From assembly GCF_041886205.1 (NCBI RefSeq), contig NZ_CP169029.1: a DNA stretch of 64,000 bases, one strand, 5' to 3'. Below are positions 19,691 through 34,633 of the stretch, piece by piece; positions within the stretch are counted from its first letter, which is position 1, and every line of letters begins with the position of its first letter. The translations under genes were made by a program, and so were the position numbers. This stretch comes from Escherichia coli. GTDB lineage: Bacteria > Pseudomonadota > Gammaproteobacteria > Enterobacterales > Enterobacteriaceae. Below the pieces are notes generated by a model. The model was not told where the DNA came from and searched no databases. It worked only from the letters and a program-made list of their open reading frames with translations.

Positions 19691-20818
19691 TTAATCCAGT
19701 CCCAGCACACCGCGAAGTTGCGCCAGATCTTCCGCCAGCGCAGTAATCGGTCCTTTCAGTGCATTCCGGTCGGCATCGGTCAATTTGTCGTAGGTTTCAA
19801 AACCGTCTTTAGTACGGTATTTCGCCAGAATGGTATCGACCTTTTTAAAGTTGGCATCGACTTTTGCCAGCAGTTCCGGGTTGGCTTTTTGCAGTTGTGG
19901 ACGCAGCAAATCGACAATTTTCTGCGAGCCTTCAACGTTAGCCTGGAAATCCCACAGATCGGTGTGGCTGTAGCGATCTTCTTCACCGCTAATTTTGCTG
20001 GCTGCCACTTCCTCAATCAGTCCGGCTGCGCCGCCGACCACTTTTGAAGGTGGGAAAGCCAGTTCACTGATGCGTTTTTGCAAATCGACCACATCTGTAT
20101 AAAGCTGCTCAGCGTACTGATCCATCCCTTTGGTGGTGTTGTCGCCAAACAATGCTTTTTCCAGACGGTGGAAACCAGTGAATTTTGGGTCGGCGGCTTT
20201 TTGCTCGTAATCATCTTCACGGGCGTCAATGCTGCCATCCAGATCGGAGAACAGTTCAGCAATCGGTTCAATGCGCTCATAGTGCTGGCGCGTCGGCGCA
20301 TACAGTGCTTTCGCTTTTTCGATATCGCCAGCTTTAATCGCGTCGGTAAAGGCTTTGGTGTCGGTCACCAGCTGCGTGGTTTCCGCCATGACATACGCTT
20401 TATATGCAGTAATTGCACCACCAAGACTTAACAGCGCATCACTTTGCGCCGCATCCGCCGTTGCCTCACCTTTGACGATCAACTTCCCTTTCGGGTTAGT
20501 CAGCAGACCGCAGGTCATATCGTATTCGCCAGGCTGTAAATTCGCCGTCATTTTCTGGCTAAAACCAGGGGCGATATTTTCCCGCTCTTCCACCACCATC
20601 ACGCCTTTGAGGATCTCCCACTCCAGCGCCTTCTGGCTATGGTTCTGAATAATGAACTGTGTTTTCCCGGCGTTAACCGTAATGGTCATCGGTTCGCACT
20701 GCTTATCCGTCACGGTCACTTTGACCTGCGGCACATCAGCGGCGTTAGCCATAAAAGCAGAAGAAAACAGCGCAGCCACGCTCAACTGCAATGCGTTACG
20801 GCGGAAGTTAATGGTCAT
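19691..20818 (-). CDS. efeO: Periplasmic iron-binding protein EfeO
   Basis: 375-aa ORF with signal peptide; between efeU and efeB. Confidence 0.9.
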   Translation of the reverse strand: MTINFRRNALQLSVAALFSSAFMANAADVPQVKVTVTDKQCEPMTITVNAGKTQFIIQNHSQKALEWEILKGVMVVEERENIAPGFSQKMTANLQPGEYDMTCGLLTNPKGKLIVKGEATADAAQSDALLSLGGAITAYKAYVMAETTQLVTDTKAFTDAIKAGDIEKAKALYAPTRQHYERIEPIAELFSDLDGSIDAREDDYEQKAADPKFTGFHRLEKALFGDNTTKGMDQYAEQLYTDVVDLQKRISELAFPPSKVVGGAAGLIEEVAASKISGEEDRYSHTDLWDFQANVEGSQKIVDLLRPQLQKANPELLAKVDANFKKVDTILAKYRTKDGFETYDKLTDADRNALKGPITALAEDLAQLRGVLGLD

Positions 20819-20875
20819 GACGAGACTATCCCTTTAAAGTATGTTGTAACTAAGCAAGAGTTTGCGTCGTATTTG

Positions 20876-21706
20876 TTACGCGGAGCGAGACGCTGTCGCC
20901 CCTGCGCGTGGTGGCAGAGCAAATGCCACCAGCGCCGGGATGAGATAAATAAACCAGACGGCGACTTCGCTGACGCTCGGCGCTTCCTGATAGCCAAAAA
21001 TCCCTTCCATCAGCGTGCCAAACAGCGAGTGAGTTGAGAGCACCGCACTCATATCGAAGGCGATTTCCTGAAAGTGGTTCCACAATCCGGCTTCATGAAA
21101 TGCGCGAATGGCACCAGCTGCCAGCCCTGCGGCGACGAAGAGAATAAACAGGCTGGTCCATTTAAAAAATGCACCAAGATTGAGGCGAATACCGCCCCAG
21201 TAGAGCAGGAAGCCTAGCACCACGGCAGTAGCAAGACCGAGCATTGCACCCAGCGGCGGCCAGATCCCGACATCTTGTTGAAATGCCGCCAGCAGGAAAA
21301 AGACCGACTCCAGCCCTTCCCTTGCAACGGCAAAAAAGACCATCATCACCAGCGCCCAGCCATGATGATTTCCACGCTGCAATGCGCTATCGACTGCCTG
21401 TTCCAGTTGCACTTTGACGTTGCGCGACACTTTGCGCATCCAGAAAACCATCCAGGTAAGGATCACCACGGCGATCACCGCCACGATACCTTCAAACAGT
21501 TCCTGTTCTTTTTGCGGAAATTCGCCGGTGGTTTCGTTAATGAAGATACCCAAGCCCAGGCACAACGCAGCGGCAAGCAACACGCCAATCCACATCACAC
21601 CAATCCATCGGCCTCGCTGGGTACGCTTAAGATAGCTGGCAATCAAACTGACAATCAGCGCGGCTTCAAGTCCTTCGCGCAACATAATGAGAAACGGAAC
21701 AAACAT
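20876..21706 (-). CDS. efeU: Ferrous iron permease EfeU (intact)
   Basis: 276-aa polytopic membrane ORF from MFVPFLIMLREGLEA...; REGLE motifs present. Confidence 0.85.
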   Translation of the reverse strand: MFVPFLIMLREGLEAALIVSLIASYLKRTQRGRWIGVMWIGVLLAAALCLGLGIFINETTGEFPQKEQELFEGIVAVIAVVILTWMVFWMRKVSRNVKVQLEQAVDSALQRGNHHGWALVMMVFFAVAREGLESVFFLLAAFQQDVGIWPPLGAMLGLATAVVLGFLLYWGGIRLNLGAFFKWTSLFILFVAAGLAAGAIRAFHEAGLWNHFQEIAFDMSAVLSTHSLFGTLMEGIFGYQEAPSVSEVAVWFIYLIPALVAFALPPRAGATASRSA

Positions 21707-21762
21707 GCCACCCACCCTTAAACGTTTTTCTGAGTCAATCTATGCAAAGAAAAGTAAATCGC

Positions 21763-21783
21763 AGTGATAGCGATTATCATTAC
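21763..21783 (-). promoter_or_regulatory. Candidate Fur box upstream of efeU
   Basis: TGATAGCGATTATCATTA resembles the GATAATGATAATCATTATC consensus; about 60 nt upstream of efeU start. Confidence 0.4.
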
Positions 21784-22248
21784 GGCAAAGAAAAACACAA
21801 GCGGAATGTTTATAAAATGATGTTGGAATGTAAACAAAGAGAGGTAATGCCAGGGGATATAAACGATTATTCCAGGGTAGAAAGATGGGATTGTTTGCAA
21901 AGAACCATGTGTTCTTGCCGGATGCCGCGTAAACGCCATATCCAGCCGACAAAACTGTCCAGACTCAATGCATCAGAGCTTCCATGTAAAACTGATAAGC
22001 GGGTGTATCAAGCAATTTCGTCCATCCGCGATTATCAAATCTAACTTTTTGCCCGGAACATAATAACAGCTCGGGTGTTGGTGGCGTCAAAATCGCTGAA
22101 GCGTTCCCCTAAGGCCGGGACAGCAGGGGGCGGCGGCGATTGGCCGCCCCCTGCGCGCTCCCTGCACCATTCAATTTATATGGCGAGGCACATTAAGGGA
22201 GCGCAACCCGCTGCTGAAGCCAAACAAAACCGCCGCAGGCTAAGTCCC

Positions 22249-23757
<1,509 letters not shown>

Positions 23758-23939
23758 CTAAAGTCTCCAAAAAATTATTATCGGCAATGTCGAAACTTGC
23801 CGTTATATCTGCCACCGGAACGGGGTAACAGAGTTTATGTTTTACCAGGGCGACCGTATCCTGCCGGAAGCGCTGGTTATTCACAATCGATTTAACACAC
23901 CATTTACATTAAATTTTAGTGCTCAGCGACACTATTTTT

Positions 23940-24155
23940 CATCAGGTTGCACTCTCTCACATTTTTTGCGGTTGCACCTTTCAAAAATGTTAACTGCCGC
24001 AGAGAAAAAGTCTGAGTTATTTTTTTAATCACTGTCATATCGATTTCTTTTATTAACATTTCATTCATTTTTAAGCTTGCTACGCAAGTCACATTTAACA
24101 TGGTTGCACAAAGTTGCAACATCATGGATATTTCACGATAACGTTAAGTTGCACC
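23940..24155. promoter_or_regulatory. put control region with repeated GTTGCA PutA operator motifs
   Basis: At least five GTTGCA motifs in the putP-putA intergenic region. Confidence 0.6.
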
Positions 24156-24179
24156 TTTCAGAACAACAGGAGTAATGGC

Positions 24180-27100
24180 ATGGGAACCACCACCATGGGG
24201 GTTAAGCTGGACGACGCGACGCGTGAGCGTATTAAGTCTGCCGCGACACGTATCGATCGCACGCCACACTGGTTAATTAAGCAGGCGATTTTTTCTTATC
24301 TCGAACAACTGGAAAACAGCGATACTCTGCCGGAGCTACCTGCGCTGCTTTCTGGCGCTGCCAATGAGAGCGATGAAGCACCGACTCCGGCAGAGGAACC
24401 ACACCAGCCATTCCTCGACTTTGCCGAGCAAATTTTGCCCCAGTCGGTTTCCCGCGCCGCGATCACCGCAGCCTATCGCCGCCCGGAAACCGAAGCGGTT
24501 TCTATGCTGCTGGAACAAGCCCGCCTGCCGCAGCCAGTTGCTGAACAGGCACACAAACTGGCGTATCAACTGGCCGATAAACTGCGTAATCAAAAAAATG
24601 CCAGTGGCCGCGCAGGTATGGTCCAGGGGTTATTGCAGGAGTTTTCGCTGTCATCGCAGGAAGGCGTGGCGCTGATGTGTCTGGCGGAAGCGTTGTTGCG
24701 TATTCCCGACAAAGCCACCCGTGATGCGTTAATTCGCGACAAAATCAGCAACGGTAACTGGCAGTCACACATTGGTCGTAGCCCGTCACTGTTTGTTAAT
24801 GCCGCTACCTGGGGGCTGTTGTTTACTGGCAAACTGGTTTCCACCCATAACGAAGCCAGCCTCTCCCGCTCGCTGAACCGCATTATCGGTAAGAGCGGTG
24901 AACCGCTGATCCGCAAAGGTGTGGATATGGCGATGCGCCTGATGGGCGAGCAGTTCGTCACTGGCGAAACCATTGCGGAAGCGTTAGCCAATGCCCGCAA
25001 GCTGGAAGAGAAAGGTTTCCGTTACTCTTACGATATGCTGGGCGAAGCCGCGCTGACCGCCGCAGATGCACAGGCGTATATGGTTTCCTATCAGCAGGCG
25101 ATTCACGCCATTGGTAAAGCGTCCAATGGTCGTGGCATCTATGAAGGTCCGGGCATTTCAATCAAGCTGTCGGCGCTGCATCCGCGTTACAGCCGCGCCC
25201 AGTATGACCGGGTAATGGAAGAGCTTTACCCACGTCTGAAATCACTCACCCTGCTGGCGCGTCAGTACGATATTGGTATCAACATTGACGCCGAAGAGGC
25301 CGATCGTCTGGAGATCTCCCTCGATCTGCTGGAAAAACTCTGTTTCGAGCCTGAGCTGGCAGGCTGGAACGGTATCGGTTTTGTTATTCAGGCTTATCAA
25401 AAACGCTGCCCACTGGTGATTGATTACCTGATTGATCTCGCCACCCGCAGCCGTCGCCGTCTGATGATTCGCCTGGTGAAAGGCGCGTACTGGGATAGTG
25501 AAATCAAGCGTGCGCAGATGGACGGCCTTGAAGGCTATCCGGTTTATACCCGCAAGGTGTATACCGACGTTTCATATCTCGCCTGTGCGAAAAAGCTGCT
25601 GGCGGTGCCGAATCTAATCTACCCGCAGTTCGCGACGCACAACGCCCATACGCTGGCAGCGATTTATCAACTGGCAGGTCAAAACTACTATCCGGGTCAG
25701 TACGAGTTCCAGTGCCTGCATGGTATGGGCGAGCCACTGTATGAGCAGGTCACCGGGAAAGTTGCCGACGGCAAACTTAACCGTCCGTGTCGTATTTATG
25801 CTCCGGTTGGCACACATGAAACGCTGCTGGCGTATCTGGTGCGTCGCCTGCTGGAAAACGGTGCTAACACCTCGTTTGTTAACCGTATTGCCGACACCTC
25901 TTTGCCACTGGATGAACTGGTCGCCGATCCGGTCACTGCTGTAGAAAAACTGGCGCAACAGGAAGGGCAAACTGGATTACCGCATCCGAAAATTCCCCTG
26001 CCGCGCGATCTTTACGGTCACGGGCGCGACAACTCGGCAGGGCTGGATCTCGCTAACGAACACCGGCTGGCCTCGCTCTCTTCTGCCCTGCTCAATAGTG
26101 CACTGCAAAAATGGCAGGCCTTGCCAATGCTGGAACAACCGGTAGCGGCAGGTGAGATGTCGCCCGTTATTAACCCTGCGGAACCGAAAGATATTGTGGG
26201 CTTTGTGCGTGAAGCCACGCCGCGTGAAGTAGAACAGGCGCTGGAAAGTGCGGTTAATAACGCGCCAATCTGGTTTGCCACTCCTCCGGCTGAACGCGCG
26301 GCAATTTTGCATCGCGCTGCCGTGCTGATGGAAAGCCAGATGCAGCAACTGATTGGTATTCTGGTGCGTGAAGCCGGAAAAACCTTCAGTAACGCCATTG
26401 CCGAAGTGCGCGAAGCGGTCGATTTTCTCCACTACTACGCCGGACAGGTGCGGGATGATTTCGCTAACGAAACCCATCGTCCATTAGGGCCTGTGGTATG
26501 TATCAGCCCGTGGAACTTCCCGCTGGCGATTTTCACCGGGCAGATCGCTGCCGCACTGGCGGCAGGTAACAGCGTACTGGCAAAACCGGCAGAACAAACG
26601 CCGCTGATTGCCGCGCAAGGGATCGCCATTTTGCTGGAAGCGGGTGTACCGCCAGGCGTGGTGCAATTGCTGCCAGGTCGGGGTGAAACCGTGGGCGCGC
26701 AACTGACGGGTGATGATCGCGTGCGCGGGGTGATGTTTACCGGTTCAACCGAAGTCGCTACGTTACTGCAGCGCAATATCGCCAGCCGCCTGGACGCTCA
26801 GGGTCGCCCTATTCCGCTCATCGCTGAAACCGGCGGCATGAACGCGATGATTGTCGATTCTTCAGCACTGACCGAACAAGTAGTAATAGATGTGCTGGCC
26901 TCGGCGTTCGACAGTGCGGGTCAGCGTTGTTCGGCACTGCGCGTGCTGTGCCTGCAAGATGAGATTGCCGACCACACGTTGAAAATGTTGCGCGGCGCAA
27001 TGGCCGAATGTCGGATGGGTAATCCGGGTCGCCTGACCACTGATATCGGTCCGGTGATTGATAGCGAAGCGAAAGCCAATATCGAGCGTCATATTCAGAC

Positions 27101-28142
27101 CATGCGTAGCAAAGGCCGTCCGGTGTTCCAGGCGGTGCGGGAAAACAGTGAAGATGCCCGTGAATGGCAAAGCGGAACCTTTGTCGCCCCGACGCTGATC
27201 GAACTGGATGACTTTGCCGAATTGCACAAAGAGGTCTTTGGTCCGGTGCTGCATGTGGTGCGTTACAACCGTAACCAGCTGCCAGAGCTGATCGAGCAGA
27301 TTAACGCTTCCGGTTATGGTCTGACGCTTGGCGTTCATACGCGTATTGATGAAACCATCGCCCAGGTCACTGGCTCAGCCCATGTTGGTAACCTGTATGT
27401 TAACCGTAATATGGTGGGCGCAGTGGTTGGGGTGCAGCCATTCGGCGGCGAAGGGTTGTCCGGTACCGGGCCGAAAGCAGGCGGTCCGCTCTATCTCTAC
27501 CGTCTGCTGGCGAATCGCCCGGAAAGTGCGCTGGCAGTAACGCTCGCGCGTCAGGATGCAGAGTATCCGGTCGATGCGCAGTTGAAAGCCGCATTGACTC
27601 AGCCGCTAAATGCACTGCGGGAATGGGCAGCAAATCGTCCAGAATTGCAGGCGTTATGTACGCAATATGGCGAGCTGGCGCAGGCAGGAACACAACGATT
27701 GCTGCCGGGGCCGACGGGTGAACGCAACACCTGGACGCTGCTGCCGCGTGAGCGCGTATTGTGTATCGCGGATGATGAACAGGATGCGCTGACTCAGCTC
27801 GCCGCCGTGCTGGCGGTGGGCAGCCAGGTACTGTGGCCGGATGACGCGCTGCATCGTCAGTTAGTGAAGGTATTGCCATCGGCAGTCAGCGAACGTATTC
27901 AACTGGCGAAAGTGGAAAATATAACCGCTCAACCCTTTGATGCGGTGATCTTCCACGGTGATTCGGATCAGCTTCGCGCATTGTGTGAAGCCGTTGCCGC
28001 GCGGGATGGCGCAATTGTTTCGGTGCAGGGTTTTGCCCGTGGCGAAAGCAATATCCTGCTGGAACGGCTGTATATCGAACGTTCGCTGAGTGTGAATACC
28101 GCTGCCGCTGGCGGTAACGCCAGTTTAATGACGATCGGTTAA
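24180..28142 (+). CDS. putA: Bifunctional proline dehydrogenase / P5C dehydrogenase and repressor PutA
   Basis: ORF 24114..28142; start set at the internal Met (MGTTTMGVKLDD...) to give 1320 aa; RHH N-terminus, PRODH and ALDH domains. Confidence 0.95.
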   Translation: MGTTTMGVKLDDATRERIKSAATRIDRTPHWLIKQAIFSYLEQLENSDTLPELPALLSGAANESDEAPTPAEEPHQPFLDFAEQILPQSVSRAAITAAYRRPETEAVSMLLEQARLPQPVAEQAHKLAYQLADKLRNQKNASGRAGMVQGLLQEFSLSSQEGVALMCLAEALLRIPDKATRDALIRDKISNGNWQSHIGRSPSLFVNAATWGLLFTGKLVSTHNEASLSRSLNRIIGKSGEPLIRKGVDMAMRLMGEQFVTGETIAEALANARKLEEKGFRYSYDMLGEAALTAADAQAYMVSYQQAIHAIGKASNGRGIYEGPGISIKLSALHPRYSRAQYDRVMEELYPRLKSLTLLARQYDIGINIDAEEADRLEISLDLLEKLCFEPELAGWNGIGFVIQAYQKRCPLVIDYLIDLATRSRRRLMIRLVKGAYWDSEIKRAQMDGLEGYPVYTRKVYTDVSYLACAKKLLAVPNLIYPQFATHNAHTLAAIYQLAGQNYYPGQYEFQCLHGMGEPLYEQVTGKVADGKLNRPCRIYAPVGTHETLLAYLVRRLLENGANTSFVNRIADTSLPLDELVADPVTAVEKLAQQEGQTGLPHPKIPLPRDLYGHGRDNSAGLDLANEHRLASLSSALLNSALQKWQALPMLEQPVAAGEMSPVINPAEPKDIVGFVREATPREVEQALESAVNNAPIWFATPPAERAAILHRAAVLMESQMQQLIGILVREAGKTFSNAIAEVREAVDFLHYYAGQVRDDFANETHRPLGPVVCISPWNFPLAIFTGQIAAALAAGNSVLAKPAEQTPLIAAQGIAILLEAGVPPGVVQLLPGRGETVGAQLTGDDRVRGVMFTGSTEVATLLQRNIASRLDAQGRPIPLIAETGGMNAMIVDSSALTEQVVIDVLASAFDSAGQRCSALRVLCLQDEIADHTLKMLRGAMAECRMGNPGRLTTDIGPVIDSEAKANIERHIQTMRSKGRPVFQAVRENSEDAREWQSGTFVAPTLIELDDFAELHKEVFGPVLHVVRYNRNQLPELIEQINASGYGLTLGVHTRIDETIAQVTGSAHVGNLYVNRNMVGAVVGVQPFGGEGLSGTGPKAGGPLYLYRLLANRPESALAVTLARQDAEYPVDAQLKAALTQPLNALREWAANRPELQALCTQYGELAQAGTQRLLPGPTGERNTWTLLPRERVLCIADDEQDALTQLAAVLAVGSQVLWPDDALHRQLVKVLPSAVSERIQLAKVENITAQPFDAVIFHGDSDQLRALCEAVAARDGAIVSVQGFARGESNILLERLYIERSLSVNTAAAGGNASLMTIG

Positions 28143-28181
28143 ACAGGTAGCCGGAGGATGTTACAACCTCCTCCGGCATCT

Positions 28182-28820
28182 TTAACGTGGTCGAATCCCC
28201 TCAATAATAATCCGCTGCACGTTTTCAACCGTTTGATTGAAAAATATCTCATCGCGCAACGTCGCGCCTGTCACCGCCTCCACCTGAGGGGCGAAATCGG
28301 CGTAATGTTGAGTGGAAGCCCAAATCATAAAAATCAAATGCTGCGGATCAATCGGCGCGAGTTTGCCGCTTTTGACCCAACCGGCAATCAGCGCCGATTT
28401 CTCATCAATTAATGCCTTCAAATCACCCGTCAGTTCATCCATTAACAACGGCGCGCCTGCCAGCATCTCCATACAAAACAGACGTGAAGCCTGCGGATAA
28501 TCGCGTGAGACTTCCAGCTTAAGACGGATGTACTCTTTGATCGCCGCCAGCGGGGCGAAATCTTCACGAAACGCTTTTAACGGTGCCAGCCAGATATCGA
28601 GAATCTGCCGCAGCACGGCAATATACAGCGCCTCTTTTGACGGAAAGTAATACAGCAGATTGGTTTTTGAAACACCCGCCAACTCTGCGATCTGCTCCAG
28701 CCTTGTGCCGTGAAAACCGAATTGTGAAAAAGTGTCCAGTGCTGCGCTAAGAATCGCTTTTTTCTTCGCGCTTACTGCGCGCGAACGTTTACCCGTTGTT
28801 TTCACTGCGCCTTGCGTCAT
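28182..28820 (-). CDS. rutR: TetR-family regulator RutR
   Basis: Start set at MTQGAVKTT... (212 aa); TetR HTH. Confidence 0.9.
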   Translation of the reverse strand: MTQGAVKTTGKRSRAVSAKKKAILSAALDTFSQFGFHGTRLEQIAELAGVSKTNLLYYFPSKEALYIAVLRQILDIWLAPLKAFREDFAPLAAIKEYIRLKLEVSRDYPQASRLFCMEMLAGAPLLMDELTGDLKALIDEKSALIAGWVKSGKLAPIDPQHLIFMIWASTQHYADFAPQVEAVTGATLRDEIFFNQTVENVQRIIIEGIRPR

Positions 28821-29050
28821 GCGCTCTCCCCTCTTGTAGATTGGCAACAGGATAGCAAAACCCCCGCCCGGCCTCGACCTTCTGCACTCTCATCGCGCAC
28901 GGATGCATGTTTTATGTGCAACTGTTTTGACCGTTTAGTCCACTTTTTACCAGATATTTTAGATAACGCAATGTTAACACATTAATAACATTCACTTTTT
29001 AAAAACTGGCATCCGCTTTGCAAACAATCCATTACGCGGCTGAAAAGGAT

Positions 29051-30891
<1,841 letters not shown>

Positions 30892-30902
30892 GGAGTTTAA
30901 CG

Positions 30903-31289
30903 ATGCCAAAATCCGTAATTATTCCCGCTGGCAGCAGCGCACCGCTGGCCCCCTTCGTTCCCGGCACGCTGGCTGATAGCGTGGTGTATGTCTCCGGTAC
31001 GCTGGCTTTTGATCAACATAATAACGTGCTGTTTGCCGATGACCCAAAGGCGCAAACCCGCCACGTTCTGGAAACTATCCGCAAGGTGATCGAGACGGCG
31101 GGTGGCACGATGGCGGATGTGACCTTCAACAGCATCTTTATTACCGACTGGAAAAATTACGCCGCGATTAACGAAATCTACGCCGAGTTTTTTCCGGGTG
31201 ATAAACCGGCGCGATTCTGCATTCAGTGCGGACTGGTAAAACCTGACGCGCTGGTGGAAATCGCCACAATTGCGCATATCGCCAAGTGA
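30903..31289 (+). CDS. rutC: Aminoacrylate deaminase RutC (RidA family)
   Basis: 128-aa ORF, operon position. Confidence 0.9.
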   Translation: MPKSVIIPAGSSAPLAPFVPGTLADSVVYVSGTLAFDQHNNVLFADDPKAQTRHVLETIRKVIETAGGTMADVTFNSIFITDWKNYAAINEIYAEFFPGDKPARFCIQCGLVKPDALVEIATIAHIAK

Positions 31290-31296
31290 GGCCGCG

Positions 31297-32097
31297 ATGA
31301 AACTTTCACTCTCACCTCCCCCTTATGCTGATGCGCCCGTAGTGGTGTTGATTTCGGGTCTTGGCGGTAGCGGCAGTTACTGGTTACCGCAACTGGCGGT
31401 GCTGGAGCAGGAGTATCAGGTAGTCTGTTACGACCAGCGCGGCACCGGCAATAATCCCGACACGCTGGCAGAAGATTACAGTATCACCCAGATGGCAGCG
31501 GAACTGCATCAGGCGCTGATAGCCGCAGGGATTGAGCATTACGCAGTGGTCGGCCATGCGCTCGGTGCGCTGGTGGGAATGCAGCTGGCGCTGGATTATC
31601 CCGCGTCGGTAACTGTGCTGGTCAGCGTTAACGGCTGGCTACGAATAAACGCCCATACGCGCCGCTGTTTTCAGGTTCGCGAACGATTACTGTATAGCGG
31701 CGGCGCGCAGGCATGGGTGGAAGCGCAGCCGTTGTTCCTCTATCCCGCCGACTGGATGGCGGCCCGTGCACCTCGCCTTGAGGCAGAAGACGCGCTGGCA
31801 CTGGCGCATTTTCAGGGCAAAAATAATTTACTGCGTCGACTTAACGCCCTCAAACGCGCTGACTTTAGTCACCATGCGGATCGCATCCGCTGCCCGGTGC
31901 AAATCATCTGCGCCAGTGATGATCTGCTGGTGCCATCAGCATGTTCCAGTGAACTTCATGCCGCCCTGCCCGATAGCCAGAAAATGGTGATGCGCTATGG
32001 CGGACACGCCTGCAACGTGACCGATCCCGAAACGTTTAATGCTCTGTTACTCAACGGGCTTGCCAGCCTGTTACATCACCGTGAAGCTGCCCTGTAA
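31297..32097 (+). CDS. rutD: Alpha/beta hydrolase RutD
   Basis: Start [10 protein letters not shown]... (266 aa). Confidence 0.9.
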   Translation: MKLSLSPPPYADAPVVVLISGLGGSGSYWLPQLAVLEQEYQVVCYDQRGTGNNPDTLAEDYSITQMAAELHQALIAAGIEHYAVVGHALGALVGMQLALDYPASVTVLVSVNGWLRINAHTRRCFQVRERLLYSGGAQAWVEAQPLFLYPADWMAARAPRLEAEDALALAHFQGKNNLLRRLNALKRADFSHHADRIRCPVQIICASDDLLVPSACSSELHAALPDSQKMVMRYGGHACNVTDPETFNALLLNGLASLLHHREAAL

Positions 32098-32106
32098 GGA
32101 ATTGCT

Positions 32107-32697
32107 ATGAACGAAGCCGTTAGCCCAGGTGCGCTTAGCACCCTGTTCACCGATGCCCGCACTCACAACGGCTGGCGGGAGACACCCGTCAGCGATGAGA
32201 CGTTACGGGAGCTTTATGCCCTGATGAAATGGGGGCCGACATCAGCTAACTGTTCTCCGGCACGGATCGTGTTTATCCGCACTGCAGAAGGAAAAGAACG
32301 TCTGCGCCCGGCGCTTTCCAGCGGCAATCTGCAAAAAACCCTGACCGCGCCCGTCACCGCTATCGTCGCCTGGGACAGTGAATTTTATGAACGGTTACCA
32401 CAACTGTTTCCCCACGGCGATGCCCGCAGTTGGTTTACCTCCAGCCCACAACTTGCTGAAGAAACAGCGTTTCGCAACAGTTCCATGCAGGCGGCTTATC
32501 TGATCATCGCCTGCCGTGCGCTGGGGCTGGATACCGGCCCGATGTCGGGTTTTGACCGTCAACACGTAGACGACGCCTTTTTTGCAGGCAGCACGCTGAA
32601 GAGCAATCTGCTGATTAATATCGGCTATGGCGATAGCAGCAAACTTTTTGCGCGCCTGCCACGTCTGTCCTTTGAAGAAGCCTGCGGGCTGTTGTAA
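32107..32697 (+). CDS. rutE: Malonic semialdehyde reductase RutE (nitroreductase family)
   Basis: 196-aa ORF, operon position. Confidence 0.9.
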   Translation: MNEAVSPGALSTLFTDARTHNGWRETPVSDETLRELYALMKWGPTSANCSPARIVFIRTAEGKERLRPALSSGNLQKTLTAPVTAIVAWDSEFYERLPQLFPHGDARSWFTSSPQLAEETAFRNSSMQAAYLIIACRALGLDTGPMSGFDRQHVDDAFFAGSTLKSNLLINIGYGDSSKLFARLPRLSFEEACGLL

Positions 32698-32707
32698 GGA
32701 GCAAACT

Positions 32708-33202
32708 ATGAACATTGTCGATCAACAAACTTTTCGCGATGCGATGTCCTGCATGGGTGCGGCGGTCAATATCATCACCACGGACGGTCCAGCCGGGCGC
32801 GCCGGGTTCACCGCCAGCGCCGTCTGCAGCGTGACCGACACGCCGCCCACATTACTGGTGTGCCTGAATCGTGGGGCGTCCGTCTGGCCGGTATTCAATG
32901 AAAATCGAACGCTGTGTGTAAATACACTTAGCGCCGGGCAGGAGCCGCTTTCAAACCTTTTTGGCGGCAAAACGCCCATGGAACACCGCTTTGCCGCCGC
33001 CCGCTGGCAGACAGGTGTGACCGGATGCCCGCAACTGGAAGAGGCACTGGTTTCGTTTGACTGCCGTATCAGCCAGGTGGTGAGCGTCGGCACCCACGAC
33101 ATTCTGTTTTGCGCCATCGAAGCGATTCATCGTCACGCCACCCCCTACGGGCTGGTGTGGTTTGATCGCAGTTATCACGCGCTGATGCGCCCTGCTTGTT
33201 AA
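32708..33202 (+). CDS. rutF: FMN reductase RutF
   Basis: Start [13 protein letters not shown]... (164 aa). Confidence 0.9.
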
Positions 33203-33222
33203 CCTCCTTAAGGAGACAGCTG

Positions 33223-34551
33223 ATGGCAATGTTCGGTTTTCCTCACTGGCAGTTAAAATCGACCTCTACAGAGAGCGGCGTGGTCGCGCCGGATGAACGA
33301 TTGCCGTTTGCTCAGACGGCAGTAATGGGCGTTCAACACGCGGTGGCGATGTTTGGCGCGACGGTGTTAATGCCTATTCTGATGGGGCTGGATCCCAATC
33401 TTTCCATTTTGATGTCGGGGATCGGCACGTTACTGTTTTTCTTTATTACCGGCGGGCGCGTCCCCAGTTATCTCGGCTCCAGCGCGGCTTTTGTCGGCGT
33501 GGTGATCGCCGCGACGGGCTTTAACGGTCAGGGCATGAACCCGAATATCAGCATCGCGCTGGGCGGGATTATCGCCTGTGGGCTGGTTTATACCGTCATT
33601 GGCCTGGTGGTGATGAAAATTGGTACACGCTGGATTGAACGGCTAATGCCGCCGGTGGTGACGGGTGCGGTGGTAATGGCGATTGGCCTGAACTTAGCGC
33701 CTATCGCAGTGAAAAGTGTATCGGCTTCGGCCTTTGATAGCTGGATGGCGGTAATGACGGTGCTGTGTATTGGGCTGGTGGCGGTGTTTACCCGTGGCAT
33801 GATCCAGCGGTTATTGATTCTCGTAGGATTAATTGTCGCCTGTCTGCTGTATGGCGTGATGACCAACGTTTTAGGGCTGGGAAAAGCCGTCGATTTTACT
33901 CTCGTCAGCCATGCTGCCTGGTTCGGTCTGCCACATTTTTCCACTCCTGCTTTTAATGGTCAGGCAATGATGCTGATTGCGCCCGTGGCGGTGATTCTGG
34001 TGGCGGAAAACTTAGGTCATCTCAAGGCGGTCGCAGGGATGACCGGACGCAATATGGACCCGTATATGGGGCGAGCATTCGTCGGTGATGGTCTGGCAAC
34101 GATACTTTCCGGCTCTGTCGGCGGTAGCGGCGTCACCACCTATGCTGAAAATATCGGTGTGATGGCCGTGACAAAAGTCTACTCGACGCTGGTGTTTGTT
34201 GCTGCTGCCGTCATCGCCATGCTGTTGGGCTTTTCGCCGAAATTTGGCGCGCTGATCCATACCATTCCGGCCGCGGTGATTGGTGGTGCATCAATTGTTG
34301 TGTTCGGGCTGATTGCCGTCGCAGGCGCAAGGATCTGGGTACAAAACCGTGTCGATTTAAGCCAGAACGGTAATTTGATTATGGTCGCAGTAACCTTAGT
34401 GCTGGGCGCGGGTGATTTTGCTCTCACGCTGGGCGGTTTTACGTTGGGAGGGATCGGTACAGCCACCTTTGGCGCGATTTTACTCAATGCGTTGTTAAGT
34501 AGAAGGTTGGTTGACGTTCCACCGCCAGAAGTTGTTCATCAGGAGCCATAA
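33223..34551 (+). CDS. rutG: Pyrimidine permease RutG
   Basis: Start MAMFGFPHWQL... (442 aa); NCS2-family membrane protein. Confidence 0.9.
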   Translation: MAMFGFPHWQLKSTSTESGVVAPDERLPFAQTAVMGVQHAVAMFGATVLMPILMGLDPNLSILMSGIGTLLFFFITGGRVPSYLGSSAAFVGVVIAATGFNGQGMNPNISIALGGIIACGLVYTVIGLVVMKIGTRWIERLMPPVVTGAVVMAIGLNLAPIAVKSVSASAFDSWMAVMTVLCIGLVAVFTRGMIQRLLILVGLIVACLLYGVMTNVLGLGKAVDFTLVSHAAWFGLPHFSTPAFNGQAMMLIAPVAVILVAENLGHLKAVAGMTGRNMDPYMGRAFVGDGLATILSGSVGGSGVTTYAENIGVMAVTKVYSTLVFVAAAVIAMLLGFSPKFGALIHTIPAAVIGGASIVVFGLIAVAGARIWVQNRVDLSQNGNLIMVAVTLVLGAGDFALTLGGFTLGGIGTATFGAILLNALLSRRLVDVPPPEVVHQEP

Positions 34552-34557
34552 ACAGAA

Positions 34558-34595
34558 AACCGCCGGGGTAACCGGCGGTGATGGCTTTTTGACGA
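34558..34595 (+). terminator. Intrinsic terminator after rutG
   Basis: Hairpin CCGCCGG-GGTAA-CCGGCGG followed by T-run. Confidence 0.5.
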
Positions 34596-34633
34596 GCTAC
34601 AGACAAAAATGCATTCGTCATTGATTAGCCCGG

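Noticed and set aside
22120-22150. GC-rich hairpin (GGGGGCGGC-N8-GCCGCCCCC) as putP terminator
   Set aside because: Not followed by a U-run on the putP strand; more likely a REP-like palindrome.
24336-28179. Numerous antisense or alternate-frame ORFs of 60-170 aa inside putA (similar ones in torA, torS, rut genes)
   Set aside because: Typical spurious ORFs in GC-rich coding sequence; the long sense ORFs match well-known proteins.
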